From: Terriglobia bacterium
GTDB lineage: Bacteria; Acidobacteriota; Terriglobia; 2-12-FULL-54-10
Direction: 5' to 3'
Length of the DNA stretch: 64,000 nt
Assembly (NCBI GenBank): GCA_963666975.2
Contig: CAXVYR010000004.1
Span: forward strand, 2,112,001-2,176,000
The translations under genes were made by a program, and so were the position numbers. Below are positions 10,854-21,513 of the stretch, piece after piece; the stretch's first letter is position 1; each line of letters begins with the position of its first letter. The notes beneath the pieces were generated by a model. It ran no database searches and was not told the origin of the DNA. It was given only the letters and a program-made list of their open reading frames with translations.

Positions 10854-13086
10854 AGATAACGGCCAGCGAGTTATCAGCAGAACGGGAGCGACAGGAATCC
10901 TAACTGACAGGAAAGGTGGTGGAAATCTGGGAAATTACCTCCAGGTGGAAGCGCTCAAGAAATATATTCCCCCTGATTTGTCCGGACTATCAATAGAGTT
11001 TGAAATCCACGTAACAAACAAAATGGTCCTCGGATATAAGGCGGAGACTTTCGTTGATATTTGCCGTGCTTATGTGCAAGCCCTGAGCGAGAATGCCTTA
11101 CAAACGGACCGACAGCGCGAAATCGCGGTAAAGGCGAGTATATTTCTGGCCTCATGTGCCAAGGTGGGGCTGATAGCCTTAATTGACGAGGCAACTGGCT
11201 ACCAATTATGATCGTGCAATCGATGCCCTACAGGTCAAGCTCAAGGCGTTTCTCGCGGAAGAAATGCGGGAATGGGAAAAAACATTTCCAAACGAACTGT
11301 GGGCCGAGTTTGGTCGATTGACCAGTTGGAAAGGGGCAGTTACGCAACGCCCAAAATATTGGGGCCATCTGGTTACCGAACTGGTTTATGAATACCTTGA
11401 TCCAGACGTTTCGAAGTGGCTTAAAGAAAATCACCCACAGCCGCGCCACGGCAAGAATTGGCATCAATGGCTGAGCGAGAAGGTGTCCCAAACTCAGTTG
11501 CAGGTTGGGACGGCGGGTTGAGTTCATATTACGCCACTTTCTCCTTGTGAGAGGAAGCAGCGTTTGGACTTCGGCCGAGAATCGATGCCAAAGCCCAGAG
11601 ATCGTGATAACCCATGATCTTCCGGAAATTCTTCTCGGTCAGCAGAAACGCTCCTGCCACCCAGCGCAACGTCATCTCGCCATCGCGCCAGCGGCAAACA
11701 TTGCCAGTCTTTTTCCGCACGCCCGACTGCGGGCTCTCGATGAGGTTCGTGGTTGCCAGGCAGCGGTGGAGGCTGGGAGGAACGTCGGCTCGATTGATCG
11801 TAAAGGTCTCCTCCAACCCTTCGCGCAAGCTGGCGGCTGCTGCCGGATGATCGCACTCGATCATCCCAGCGAGCTTTTTTATGCGCACGATGCCTTCCTC
11901 GGCTTGGGGCAATCGCCAGGCGGCGCGCATCAGCGACCGCACCTGATTCGCCAGCATTTTGTCGCCCTTTGGTAACCGCTCAGCCACGTTGCGCAGCTTA
12001 TGAGTACGGCAACGCTGCACCAGCTGATTGCTGCCGAATACTTCCTCGATCCCCGCGCGGAGCGCTTTGGCGCCGTCGATCACAAACAGATAGCGCTGAT
12101 CCGTGCGCAAACCTTGCTGGCGCAGGCGGGTGAGAAGGTCTTTCACCGCAGCGGCGTTTTCGGTCGCGCCCAGTTGAATCCCCAGCACATGCTTGCGGCC
12201 CTCGATGTCCACGCCCACGGCGCTGATGACGTGGTGGGAGCCGAACCGCATTCCGTCCAGGTAAATCACCAGAATCTCGACCTCCTCCCAGCGCCGCGCC
12301 AACAGTTCTTCCAGCCGCCGCGCTCCTTGCTCGGCCGCTTCCCGGCTCACCTGAGACTTCGACACCCCAGCGCTGTTGGCCATCTCCGGGATCACCTCGC
12401 GGTAGTTCCGCGTCGAAACCCCTTTCAACAGTGCCTCGAACATCTCCTCGCCCGTCTTCTCGCTTTTCCGCAGCGCTTCGTAGGCCGGCACCGCTTCTTC
12501 CCCTCCGCCCTTCCGGCGCAGCCGGGGCCGCTCCACCCGCAGCTGGCGATCGGCCAGTTTCACCCTCCCCAATTGCCGGCCATGCCAGCGCACCTCTCCG
12601 CTCGCCTTCCCGGGACTCTTTGGCCCCGCGATTTGCTCTGCGCTCATGCTCAGAATCGTTTCAATCAAACCTCGCCCGGCCCGATCAATCACCTCATCCA
12701 CCGCCAGACGCGCCTCCGTGATCAGATCCACCACCGGCAACAGCATCTGTCCGTTGGTTTGGCAAAACTTCTGGATGGTTTCTTCGGCTCCCTTGGAACC
12801 CAGTTCCAAAACGTGATATTTTCCCTTCATTCGGCGGTTCTCCTTCTATAGGATTTAGGCTTGGCCCGATTCTATTCGATTCGGGCCGAACCGCCGTTCA
12901 ACCTTCAACTATGTATGGGACACCCTCCTGAGCGAACAATATGGGCAGAAATTAGTTCAACATATTATACACTGATTGGAGTGCCAAGCCATGTGCCAGC
13001 CAATGCGCGAACTGATAGAGCATGGCAGAAATTATGGCAAGTCCCCCGTGCAGCTTCTATACCTTCCCACCTAGGCCGGAGATAAA
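10854..13086 (+). pseudogene. P63C-domain phage-type protein: 5' end truncated by IS256 copy 1, frameshifted near 11205, interrupted by IS256 copy 2
   Basis: AKVGLIALIDEATGYQ / YDR...WEKTFP...RPKYWGHLV...HQWLSE motifs typical of P63C proteins; 3' boundary approximate. Confidence 0.75.
11479..12927 (-). mobile_element. IS256-family element, copy 2 (transposase 11529-12830), 8-bp TSD CTGAGCGA
   Basis: TSD at 11471-11478 and 12928-12935. Confidence 0.96.
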
Positions 13087-13129
13087 TGTGTAACACTTCG
13101 GTGCAGCCATTCCAATGCTATTGACTTGG

Positions 13130-13348
13130 TTAGACGTTCCACCTGGCCCGGGCAGCATGGCGGGCAATCGTCAGAACGTCGCTTGGCTCAGCTGCGGCAG
13201 CGATGCGCTCGCCTCAGTCCTTACCACCTTTTCGCCTGCTTGCAGATGGCAGGTTATTAATTTCTCCGGTTGCAATCTTGGCGCCGATTGACCGCGCTCC
13301 CGATCACGTCAGCAGGTCTCTTGTGGCCGTGTGAGTCCACTGTGGCAT
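13130..13348 (-). pseudogene. Degraded small basic phage/IS-associated protein (KRPADVIG...KIATGE...AARARW type)
   Basis: Manual minus-strand translation across frameshifts and one stop gives HKRPADVIGSAV / AKIATGEI / RKGGK / IARHAARARW. Confidence 0.5.
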
Positions 13349-13685
13349 TGTTTCCCATCTTGTTTTGGTTGCTGTTTAATTCTAAGGCCACCGCCTGGAA
13401 TTTTCAATCGCCAGATTTCAAACTGAGACACTTGGCGAATCCTGAGCGTGACCGTAAGAGCTTGCATTTATAAAATCAATATAACATTTGATGAGAAGTC
13501 TGCCAATCAAAACTGGCCCGAGTTCACGGCGGACTTTGTGGGAAGCGCAATTGAACAACCCCACGGCAAACGGCCGCGTTTTCACTAACAGGAGAGAGCA
13601 CGAAATTGTCTCGCCAACCACCCGGTATAGGCTGATTTGGAGCGTGCTATAATGCCCGCGCAGCCTCAGTAATTCCACAGAAGGA

Positions 13686-14708
13686 GTGCTCGTGCTAATC
13701 TTCGTCCTCGCAGCCAAGCTCCGGCTGGAGCATCTTCAATATCAATATCTTTGCCCCCGCCCTTGCAGTGGCGGCGTTTGCATGCGTTGTGTCGCAAACA
13801 GTGATTCCGTTAAGGGCGCAAGGACAGGTTGCTGCATCCGGCGCTCCGGCCACAACTCCGGCGAACGTGGCGCCTGCAGGTCCGGACGAGGTGGTTCTGA
13901 GCATTGGCGAGGTGAAGATCACGGCGGCGGAGTTTGAGAAGGTGATGGCTGCCTTGCCCCCGCAGTTTGGCGGCACAGTGGGCACAATGGGAAAGCGGGG
14001 ATTTGCCGAGCAATATGCCAACCTCAGGGGCTTGGCTATGGAAGGCGAAAAACGGCAGATCGACCAAAGAGAAAGCTTCCAGGGATGATGGCCTTCCAAC
14101 GCATCTTGCAGCTTGCTCAGGTAACCCTGAATGAAGTGGCCAACGCCGGGACATAATCCGGCCCGAGGAGATCACTGAATATTGAATCGAATTAGCCGGA
14201 ATTTGAGGAGCTAAAGCTGAGGGGCATCTTTATCTCCTTCCAATCCGGGGCCGCTCCCGGGGGAGGGCAAGCTGGCTCGGCAAAACCCCAGCGCACCGAG
14301 GCGGAGGCAAGGGCCAAGGCGGAGTCCCTGATGAACCGCATTCGGGCCGGGAAGGACATGGCAACTTTGGCCAGAACGGATTCCGACCATGCTTCGTTCG
14401 CCCAAAGCGGGGATTTCGGTTTTGTCAGCCGCAGCCAGTTCGCTCCTGAGATCGGCAACGCCGTTTTCTCCCTCGAACTCAATCAGGCGAGCGAGCCTCT
14501 CCGGGACACCGGCGGGTTTTTCCTCTTTCGGGTGGAGGGGAAACGCATTCAGCCTCTGGAAGAGGCTCAAGCGGGCATCCGGAGCAACCTGCGCCAGCAA
14601 AAGCTGGGCAACGTACTTGCCAAAGTGAGAAGTGACTACCCGATAACGTTTAATCCGCGCTATTTTTCTGAATCCGCCCCAGCGGGCGCGGCCACTCCGG
14701 CGCAGTAG
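13686..14708 (+). pseudogene. PpiC/SurA-type peptidyl-prolyl isomerase, multiply frameshifted
   Basis: DMATLARTDSD...GDFGFV...FAPEIGNAVFSL parvulin motif in 14331-14708; N-terminal part in 13768-14088; indels near 14085-14200. Confidence 0.75.
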
Positions 14709-15047
14709 ACCTTTCCGCAGTTGCCATTCCGAAGCAAAACGACGGCGGCGGCGTGCTTTCCTCGTTTGCGGCAGCCCCATGCTATATAAGAGAGTTGGCA
14801 AGGTTTCCAACGGTCGTGTGGAAAAGTATGTGGAAAATCCCTTTCCGGTTTCTCTAATCTCTTTGCTGACGTTGCTTAGTGCAAAGTGCACTAAGGTGCA
14901 GCATGGCGGATAAAAGGTCTTATGTGACGAAGGTTAAATGGGTTAGCAGAAGTTGAGGAACCGAAAAATATCTTCCAAAGGGAGACTTTTCGGAAAAGGT
15001 TGATGATAAACAAGCATAGAACTTCTGTCCTCTCTGGAAAGTCCGCT

Positions 15048-16496
15048 GAGGGTGTCCCATACATAGTTGAAGGTTGAACGGCGGTTCGGCCCGAATCGAA
15101 TAGAATCGGGCCAAGCCTAAATCCTATAGAAGGAGAACCGCCGAATGAAGGGAAAATATCACGTTTTGGAACTGGGTTCCAAGGGAGCCGAAGAAACCAT
15201 CCAGAAGTTTTGCCAAACCAACGGACAGATGCTGTTGCCGGTGGTGGATCTGATCACGGAGGCGCGTCTGGCGGTGGATGAGGTGATTGATCGGGCCGGG
15301 CGAGGTTTGATTGAAACGATTCTGAGCATGAGCGCAGAGCAAATCGCGGGGCCAAAGAGTCCCGGGAAGGCGAGCGGAGAGGTGCGCTGGCATGGCCGGC
15401 AATTGGGGAGGGTGAAACTGGCCGATCGCCAGCTGCGGGTGGAGCGGCCCCGGCTGCGCCGGAAGGGCGGAGGGGAAGAAGCGGTGCCGGCCTACGAAGC
15501 ACTGCGGAAAAGCGAGAAGACGGGCGAGGAGATGTTCGAGGCACTGTTGAAAGGGGTTTCGACGCGGAACTACCGCGAGGTGATCCCGGAGATGGCCAAC
15601 AGCGCTGGGGTGTCGAAGTCTCAGGTGAGCCGGGAAGCGGCCGAGCAAGGAGCGCGGCGGCTGGAAGAACTGTTGGCGCGGCGCTGGGAGGAGGTCGAGA
15701 TTCTGGTGATTTACCTGGACGGAATGCGGTTCGGCTCCCACCACGTCATCAGCGCCGTGGGCGTGGACATCGAGGGCCGCAAGCATGTGCTGGGGATTCA
15801 ACTGGGCGCGACCGAAAACGCCGCTGCGGTGAAAGACCTTCTCACCCGCCTGCGCCAGCAAGGTTTGCGCACGGATCAGCGCTATCTGTTTGTGATCGAC
15901 GGCGCCAAAGCGCTCCGCGCGGGGATCGAGGAAGTATTCGGCAGCAATCAGCTGGTGCAGCGTTGCCGTACTCATAAGCTGCGCAACGTGGCTGAGCGGT
16001 TACCAAAGGGCGACAAAATGCTGGCGAATCAGGTGCGGTCGCTGATGCGCGCCGCCTGGCGATTGCCCCAAGCCGAGGAAGGCATCGTGCGCATAAAAAA
16101 GCTCGCTGGGATGATCGAGTGCGATCATCCGGCAGCAGCCGCCAGCTTGCGCGAAGGGTTGGAGGAGACCTTTACGATCAATCGAGCCGACGTTCCTCCC
16201 AGCCTCCACCGCTGCCTGGCAACCACGAACCTCATCGAGAGCCCGCAGTCGGGCGTGCGGAAAAAGACTGGCAATGTTTGCCGCTGGCGCGACGGCGAGA
16301 TGACGTTGCGCTGGGTGGCAGGAGCGTTTCTGCTGACCGAGAAGAATTTCCGGAAGATCATGGGTTATCACGATCTCTGGGCTTTGGCATCGATTCTCGG
16401 CCGAAGTCCAAACGCTGCTTCCTCTCACAAGGAGAAAGTGGCGTAATATGAACTCAACCCGCCGTCCCAACCTGCAACTGAGTTTGGGACACCTTC
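15048..16496 (+). mobile_element. IS256-family element, copy 3 (transposase 15145-16446)
   Basis: Same IRs and length; flanks AGTCCGCT and TGGGTAGC do not match. Confidence 0.95.
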
Positions 16497-16716
16497 TGGG
16501 TAGCAGATGCTTATCCGCTAATAACTGCGTTGACCCAGGCCACGGCTCACCCGCCCTTTTCTTTCTTTCAAAAAAGACAATGGATTTTGATAATTTTAAT
16601 ATGCTTGCCTTAGCTTGGCGTCGCTGCTCTTTGGCCTGTGCAATCAATGAATCCCATGGACCCACATCCGTGTCTAGGTCCGCATTTATTTCCCCCTTGA
16701 CTTTGTCTACAGACAT
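16497..16716 (-). CDS. Small hypothetical protein, 3' end running into IS256
   Basis: GAGGTGA RBS-like sequence before ATG 16716; coiled-coil-like 70 aa ending GEPWPG; divergent from 16731. Confidence 0.45.
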
Positions 16717-16730
16717 GTTATGTTCACCTC

Positions 16731-17258
16731 ATGGCAGATCAAGAGTACAATCCCGCAAAAATGTTGGAAACTCTCAGGGTGCGCCTTTGCGGCCTGGACA
16801 ATGAGCGCGATGAGCTTGACGCCAAGAGAGTTGAAATTGAAAAACAAATTGCAAACATTAAAGCCGTTATCAATAAAATGCTCCCCCTTTGCGGATTGGC
16901 CGCTTCCATAGATGATTTGAGCACTCTCGGCTTTACTGATGCGATACGCCACGTGTTTTTGACTTCGGGGGAACACGGAGCTTTGGGGCTCGCCTCGGCA
17001 TGGCTGTCTCCCAAGGACGTTAGGGACGAGCTTGCCAAGAGGGGGTTGGACTTGTCGCCCTACGAAAATCCAATGTCTTCCATTTATACGATTTTGAATC
17101 GCATGAAAGATAACGATGAGATAGAGATAAGGAGGGAAGGCCTCAACGTCTTCTACAAGGAAATAGTAAAGGAAGTGGATGAGGATGATTTTTCTTGGAC
17201 GCCAGACGCAGAAAATTTTATTGAGACTTCTAAACCGCCAAAGAGGAACAGTAGATGA
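16731..17258 (+). CDS. Hypothetical protein (N-terminal coiled coil plus winged-HTH-like region)
   Basis: 175-aa ORF; LSPKDVRDEL...SIYTILNRM resembles a wHTH. Confidence 0.65.
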   Translation: MADQEYNPAKMLETLRVRLCGLDNERDELDAKRVEIEKQIANIKAVINKMLPLCGLAASIDDLSTLGFTDAIRHVFLTSGEHGALGLASAWLSPKDVRDELAKRGLDLSPYENPMSSIYTILNRMKDNDEIEIRREGLNVFYKEIVKEVDEDDFSWTPDAENFIETSKPPKRNSR

Positions 17259-17368
17259 ATTGCAGTGGCCCCGTAGCTCAACGGCACAGAGGAACAAGCA
17301 GGGACTGAAGGCGCTAATCGGATGTGCGCTTGGTTTAGGAGGTATGGATTGAAAGATTGATAGATAAC

Positions 17369-17476
17369 GGGCCGGTAGCTCAGCGGAAACGATCCGGGAC
17401 CTTCTAGGGCAGGATCAAGAGCGTCCGCCTGCTAAGCGGAAGGTCGAGGGTTCGACTTTTCCTGGCCGGCCCGCCA
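17369..17476 (+). tRNA. Aberrant tRNA-like gene (anticodon GCT, Ser) with a hairpin insertion in the D-loop and a defective T-arm; probably a pseudo-tRNA
   Basis: Acceptor GGGCCGG/CCGGCCC plus G-CCA; D-stem GCTC/GAGC; anticodon arm TCCGC-CTGCTAA-GCGGA; GGTTCGA T-loop. Confidence 0.7.
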
Positions 17477-17478
17477 GC

Positions 17479-18927
17479 GAGGGTGTCCCATACATAGTTG
17501 AAGGTTGAACGGCGGTTCGGCCCGAATCGAATAGAATCGGGCCAAGCCTAAATCCTATAGAAGGAGAACCGCCGAATGAAGGGAAAATATCACGTTTTGG
17601 AACTGGGTTCCAAGGGAGCCGAAGAAACCATCCAGAAGTTTTGCCAAACCAACGGACAGATGCTGTTGCCGGTGGTGGATCTGATCACGGAGGCGCGTCT
17701 GGCGGTGGATGAGGTGATTGATCGGGCCGGGCGAGGTTTGATTGAAACGATTCTGAGCATGAGCGCAGAGCAAATCGCGGGGCCAAAGAGTCCCGGGAAG
17801 GCGAGCGGAGAGGTGCGCTGGCATGGCCGGCAATTGGGGAGGGTGAAACTGGCCGATCGCCAGCTGCGGGTGGAGCGGCCCCGGCTGCGCCGGAAGGGCG
17901 GAGGGGAAGAAGCGGTGCCGGCCTACGAAGCACTGCGGAAAAGCGAGAAGACGGGCGAGGAGATGTTCGAGGCACTGTTGAAAGGGGTTTCGACGCGGAA
18001 CTACCGCGAGGTGATCCCGGAGATGGCCAACAGCGCTGGGGTGTCGAAGTCTCAGGTGAGCCGGGAAGCGGCCGAGCAAGGAGCGCGGCGGCTGGAAGAA
18101 CTGTTGGCGCGGCGCTGGGAGGAGGTCGAGATTCTGGTGATTTACCTGGACGGAATGCGGTTCGGCTCCCACCACGTCATCAGCGCCGTGGGCGTGGACA
18201 TCGAGGGCCGCAAGCATGTGCTGGGGATTCAACTGGGCGCGACCGAAAACGCCGCTGCGGTGAAAGACCTTCTCACCCGCCTGCGCCAGCAAGGTTTGCG
18301 CACGGATCAGCGCTATCTGTTTGTGATCGACGGCGCCAAAGCGCTCCGCGCGGGGATCGAGGAAGTATTCGGCAGCAATCAGCTGGTGCAGCGTTGCCGT
18401 ACTCATAAGCTGCGCAACGTGGCTGAGCGGTTACCAAAGGGCGACAAAATGCTGGCGAATCAGGTGCGGTCGCTGATGCGCGCCGCCTGGCGATTGCCCC
18501 AAGCCGAGGAAGGCATCGTGCGCATAAAAAAGCTCGCTGGGATGATCGAGTGCGATCATCCGGCAGCAGCCGCCAGCTTGCGCGAAGGGTTGGAGGAGAC
18601 CTTTACGATCAATCGAGCCGACGTTCCTCCCAGCCTCCACCGCTGCCTGGCAACCACGAACCTCATCGAGAGCCCGCAGTCGGGCGTGCGGAAAAAGACT
18701 GGCAATGTTTGCCGCTGGCGCGACGGCGAGATGACGTTGCGCTGGGTGGCAGGAGCGTTTCTGCTGACCGAGAAGAATTTCCGGAAGATCATGGGTTATC
18801 ACGATCTCTGGGCTTTGGCATCGATTCTCGGCCGAAGTCCAAACGCTGCTTCCTCTCACAAGGAGGAAGTGGCGTAATATGAACTCAACCCGCCGTCCCA
18901 ACCTGCAACTGAGTTTGGGACACCTTC
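17479..18927 (+). mobile_element. IS256-family element, copy 4 (transposase 17576-18877), 8-bp TSD CCGCCAGC
   Basis: TSD at 17471-17478 and 18928-18935, overlapping the tRNA-like CCA end. Confidence 0.96.
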
Positions 18928-19001
18928 CCGCCAGCTTCTAGCAAGTAACCCCTGGAGTCTGCGACTAACAGGCTCCAGGGCATCGACACGGAGAAACCCC
19001 C

Positions 19002-20258
19002 TTGGCAGAAGGAAACCCCACAGCGAATTCGTTTGCGCCCCCGTGTTCCGAGTGCCCAAATTGTAAGGCGCTGTGCAAGAGGCACTCGGTCCGGGAAAGG
19101 CGTATCAAAGACCTTGATCTTGAGTGCGCTACCATATTGAATGTTAAGGTAGGGGTGTATCGCTGTCAAGCCTGCAAAAAGTTTTTCCGCTTCCAACCGC
19201 CAATGGCCCAAAAGGGGAAACACTACAGCCAAAGGGCCATTGAGAAGGCCCGCAGTGCGGTGGCGGAGGATAAGACCACGTTTGCTGGCTTGCGGAAGCG
19301 GCTTGAGCGCGACTTCCATGTCCGCCCCGCACTCTCGACAGCGTATGGCTGGTTCCATGATTCCGCCGATGCGATAGACATGGAGCGAGATTATGAGCGG
19401 TGGGCGGCGGAAGGCTTCTCCGGCGTATTGGTGGTGGACGAGCTTTACGATCATTACGCAGTGCTGGTTGCCACGGACCCTCTGAACGACAAGACCCTCT
19501 CGGTTCGATTGTGCCGGACTGCCAATGAAGAAGAGCTTCGCCAATTCCTGACACACCTTAAAGACTTGGGGATTCATCCAAGTGTCATTGTGACCGACGG
19601 TGCACCTATCTACCAAAACGTCCCAAAAGAAGTTTGGCCGGGGATCAGACAGCAACTCTGCATCTTCCACTACACCCGCGCCATTACCAAGAACGTCCTG
19701 ACCGCCATCAACGACCTTCGGGGCGTCCTTGCTCGAAAGGTGGGCACTAAAGAGGATTCCCGCAAGCTGTGGGGCCTCCGTTACGTCCTTTTGAGCCGAG
19801 AGGAGAAGCTGAGTGAGACCCAGCGGGCGGCCATTGCTGAACTGAGCGCCCGCTACGCCCGCCTCCGCCTGATCCGAGACCTTGTCCTGAAGGTGTTCGG
19901 CCTCTTCACGCGAAACCAAACCCACCTGGAGGCCTGGGGCAAACGTCGGGAGATCATCGAGAATGAGTTGTACTCGTTCAGCGACCCGCTCAAGAGAGTG
20001 GTCCGAACGCTCCGAACCGAGCAGTTTGCCAAGGCCATCACCTTCCTGGACTACATCGACTGCCCCCGGACCTCCAACCATGTCGAGCGGGCGAACCGTT
20101 ACTATCGGAAGCGGGCCAAAATCCACTATCGCAACCGGACCAAGAGGGCAATCTGGAACATGGTCAAGACCGACTTGCTCGTGAGGAAGGCCAACTATGG
20201 GGGAAGACCGCCCCAAAAGTTGCAACCGCACCAAAGGGGCGAGGCGGTTGCAGCGTAG
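19002..20258 (+). CDS. Transposase with N-terminal Zn finger (ISL3/mutator-like DDE)
   Basis: CPNC...CQAC; VVDE, VTDG, QLCIFH, TSNHVERAN motifs; element ends not resolved. Confidence 0.8.
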   Translation: MAEGNPTANSFAPPCSECPNCKALCKRHSVRERRIKDLDLECATILNVKVGVYRCQACKKFFRFQPPMAQKGKHYSQRAIEKARSAVAEDKTTFAGLRKRLERDFHVRPALSTAYGWFHDSADAIDMERDYERWAAEGFSGVLVVDELYDHYAVLVATDPLNDKTLSVRLCRTANEEELRQFLTHLKDLGIHPSVIVTDGAPIYQNVPKEVWPGIRQQLCIFHYTRAITKNVLTAINDLRGVLARKVGTKEDSRKLWGLRYVLLSREEKLSETQRAAIAELSARYARLRLIRDLVLKVFGLFTRNQTHLEAWGKRREIIENELYSFSDPLKRVVRTLRTEQFAKAITFLDYIDCPRTSNHVERANRYYRKRAKIHYRNRTKRAIWNMVKTDLLVRKANYGGRPPQKLQPHQRGEAVAA

Positions 20259-20304
20259 AGGTAACAACCTCTTGATTGAACAATCTCCTTGGCAGCTAGT
20301 CGAG

Positions 20305-21120
20305 CTAGGCACCGCTCTCTCCCTTATACTCAATCGAGCCTTCGTCCGTAGTATCAACCGAAAAGAGATACTCCGAATTTAATTTGCCATTGCTTGAGAT
20401 CAACCGGACCGTTACGGAGAGCTCTGCCGGTGTTGAGAGTTCCCAATATGCAGGGGCGTGCCATTTTTTATATTGATCCCTTCCATCCTCAACTGCACAC
20501 CAACTAAGTTCCCCCCCTCGTAATTGAACAGCTAGAATCAAGGCATTTGCGCCCCCACGAGCGAAAGACACTTCGTTAATATCCGCATCTACCCAGCATC
20601 CATAGTCAATCCGTATTGGCTCTATCTCGCCTTCTTTTTGAAAGGATAACTGCGCATGTACATCCGAGATGTATTCGCCAGCCGTTCTCTCTGGTGGAGT
20701 GTTTGTAAATATTGCGACAAGACCGAGCATCTCATCCTCTATTTGATGACGTTGTGGAACATGGTTCGTGTATTTACTCTGTTGCTCTCGATTTAAGCGA
20801 TAGAGATGTCTCTTCGCTATGCGGACATCGGTTATCAAGAATGTGGCCGTTGATTCTTTCTGGGTAGCCATAGTCGTTTTGTTCTGCCGCTTTGGGGCAA
20901 TCCAGCCTCTTTCTACTGCGAAAACTGGTCCGCTCAAAACCAGAGCGAATATTCCGCAAGCGAGCACAATTAACCAAGGCCCCGAGACATATCCCAGGAC
21001 TTGCAGGACTGTGGTAATAAAGGTCATCATACCGCCAGCCACAACAAGCCCAACAAGCCACTTGAAGGTCTGGACACGCTCGATCCATTTCCAAACCTGC
21101 TCCCATGTGATCTTAGCCAT
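20305..21120 (-). CDS. Hypothetical membrane-anchored protein
   Basis: 271 aa, two N-terminal TM segments, lower GC. Confidence 0.7.
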   Translation of the reverse strand: MAKITWEQVWKWIERVQTFKWLVGLVVAGGMMTFITTVLQVLGYVSGPWLIVLACGIFALVLSGPVFAVERGWIAPKRQNKTTMATQKESTATFLITDVRIAKRHLYRLNREQQSKYTNHVPQRHQIEDEMLGLVAIFTNTPPERTAGEYISDVHAQLSFQKEGEIEPIRIDYGCWVDADINEVSFARGGANALILAVQLRGGELSWCAVEDGRDQYKKWHAPAYWELSTPAELSVTVRLISSNGKLNSEYLFSVDTTDEGSIEYKGESGA

Positions 21121-21129
21121 GCCGCAAGA

Positions 21130-21513
21130 TTACGCCCAGACGTCCCTTGCCTCAACCAGATAAAGAAAGCACGGTACTTGTAGGCGAGCCTTTTCAACCT
21201 TTTCCGAAAAGTGTCCCAAAATTTGTCCCGCCATGCTCTCCAACCGCCCCAGGCGACTTTCAATAGCCGTAAGCCTCAGGTCGACTGTCCTGGTGTCTCG
21301 CCAATCTCCAAGGAGCGGCGTTTCCGGACGTCCTGTTTGACTTACCACTTTCTCCACTTCAGCAAGCCTTCGCAAGAAACGCCGGCTCGGCTGACGGGTG
21401 CCGGCTTCGTAACGCGCGATAGCAGACGGAGAATATGCAGTTAGATTCGCTAGCTCAGACTGGGTGAGGCCTAGCCGTTCCCGTATTTCCTTGACACTTT
21501 CCTCTGACGACAT
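21130..21513 (-). CDS. XRE-family HTH regulator
   Basis: IRERLGLTQSELANLTAYSPSAIARYEAGTRQP; start re-set to ATG 21513. Confidence 0.8.
   Translation of the reverse strand: MSSEESVKEIRERLGLTQSELANLTAYSPSAIARYEAGTRQPSRRFLRRLAEVEKVVSQTGRPETPLLGDWRDTRTVDLRLTAIESRLGRLESMAGQILGHFSEKVEKARLQVPCFLYLVEARDVWA

Noticed and set aside
14080-14210. Readthrough or selenocysteine in the PpiC gene
   Set aside because: The stops arise from frameshifts, since coding continues in other frames; decay or indel error is more likely
9405-16496. Composite transposon or simple inversion between IS256 copies 1 and 3
   Set aside because: Neither the outer flanks nor the reciprocal flanks form a duplication
16000-16716. 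238-aa ORF as a real protein
   Set aside because: Only the first approximately 73 codons are outside IS256; the rest is antisense transposase sequence
17369-17476. tRNA-Sec (selC) serving the UGA genes
   Set aside because: The anticodon is GCT not TCA, the acceptor is 7 bp, and there is no long variable arm
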